Positions 63,648 through 64,000 of a stretch of 64,000 nucleotides of DNA are shown here, piece after piece (the stretch's first letter is position 1; every line of letters starts with the position of its first letter). The position numbers and the translations under genes were made by a program. The stretch is from Dimorphilus gyrociliatus (taxonomy: Eukaryota > Animalia > Annelida). The stretch is from positions 418,623 through 482,622 of the forward strand of contig CAJFCJ010000013.1 in NCBI GenBank assembly GCA_904063045.1, in the 5' to 3' direction. A model generated the notes under the pieces. The model did not search any database and was not told the DNA's origin. It worked only from the letters and a program-made list of their open reading frames with translations.

Positions 63648-64000
63648 ATTATTTCGATCTTAAATGACTCTTATGATTGGAAGTTTCTAAATTAGCAGTC
63701 TTAATTGCTTAACTGATGGTATTATCTTGCCAATATCCTGTACTATGACCAGTTTCTGGCTACTGCTTATGACCATGAACTTTATTGTCGTATCAATATC
63801 TTTTTCCATTAAAATATATTTAATATGAAATTTCTTATTTTTGTGCAGGTAGAGGGTAAAACCGAAGATTTTTCTAAATACGAAAATACTTCAGAAAATC
63901 CGGCCGATAAAAGGGAGTTTTACACTGTGTTCTTTAAGATAAAAAATACTCAATCAATAATGATTTAACACATTCAAAAGAAGGCCTATCTGCAAGTACG

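Noticed and set aside
1-64000. CRISPR arrays, rRNA, tRNA, intact transposases or prokaryotic operons
   Set aside because: None seen. Genes are spliceosomal-intron-containing eukaryotic genes, and the repeats present are simple microsatellites with no repeat-spacer structure.
63850-64000. Acceptor-like tttgtgcag followed by a short open frame (VEGKTEDFSKYENT...)
   Set aside because: Truncated by the window edge and too short to call.

Overview
AT-rich, gene-dense eukaryotic (animal) genomic DNA. Most introns are GT-AG and about 50-70 bp, which fits a compacted lophotrochozoan genome such as a meiofaunal annelid; this is inference from composition and gene content, not a database match. About 20 protein-coding genes can be reconstructed by splicing the ORF-track fragments by hand: an unknown Lys/Glu-rich protein, PHRF1-like (RING-PHD-RS-SRI), BCR-like (oligomerisation-DH-PH-C2-RhoGAP), a cyclic-nucleotide-binding-domain protein, Atrophin/RERE-like, a divergent Ubc12-like E2, myotrophin, a GPI-anchored 3-Ig protein, a fold-type-III PLP D-threonine aldolase/D-serine dehydratase-like enzyme, UBE2G1, an SLC46-type MFS transporter, PHF21A-like, a glycosyltransferase-like protein, CCDC117-like, a TIR+TMEM268-like fusion, an unknown protein, a possible neuropeptide precursor, a GPI-anchored mucin/Ig protein and an ALDH3. 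No rRNA, tRNA, CRISPR array or intact mobile element was seen. The most interesting items are (1) a TIR domain that keeps the putative NADase glutamate and is fused to a TMEM268-like membrane module, (2) a bacterial-type D-amino-acid PLP enzyme carrying one intron, (3) a PHF21/BHC80 homologue that appears to lack its PHD finger but has a 27-nt AT-hook-like microexon, (4) a small signal-peptide gene with a GKR amidation site that the ORF track misses, and (5) a 33-nt candidate neural microexon in BCR. All family assignments come from recalled motifs and need HMM/BLAST confirmation. Exon boundaries are hand-derived.
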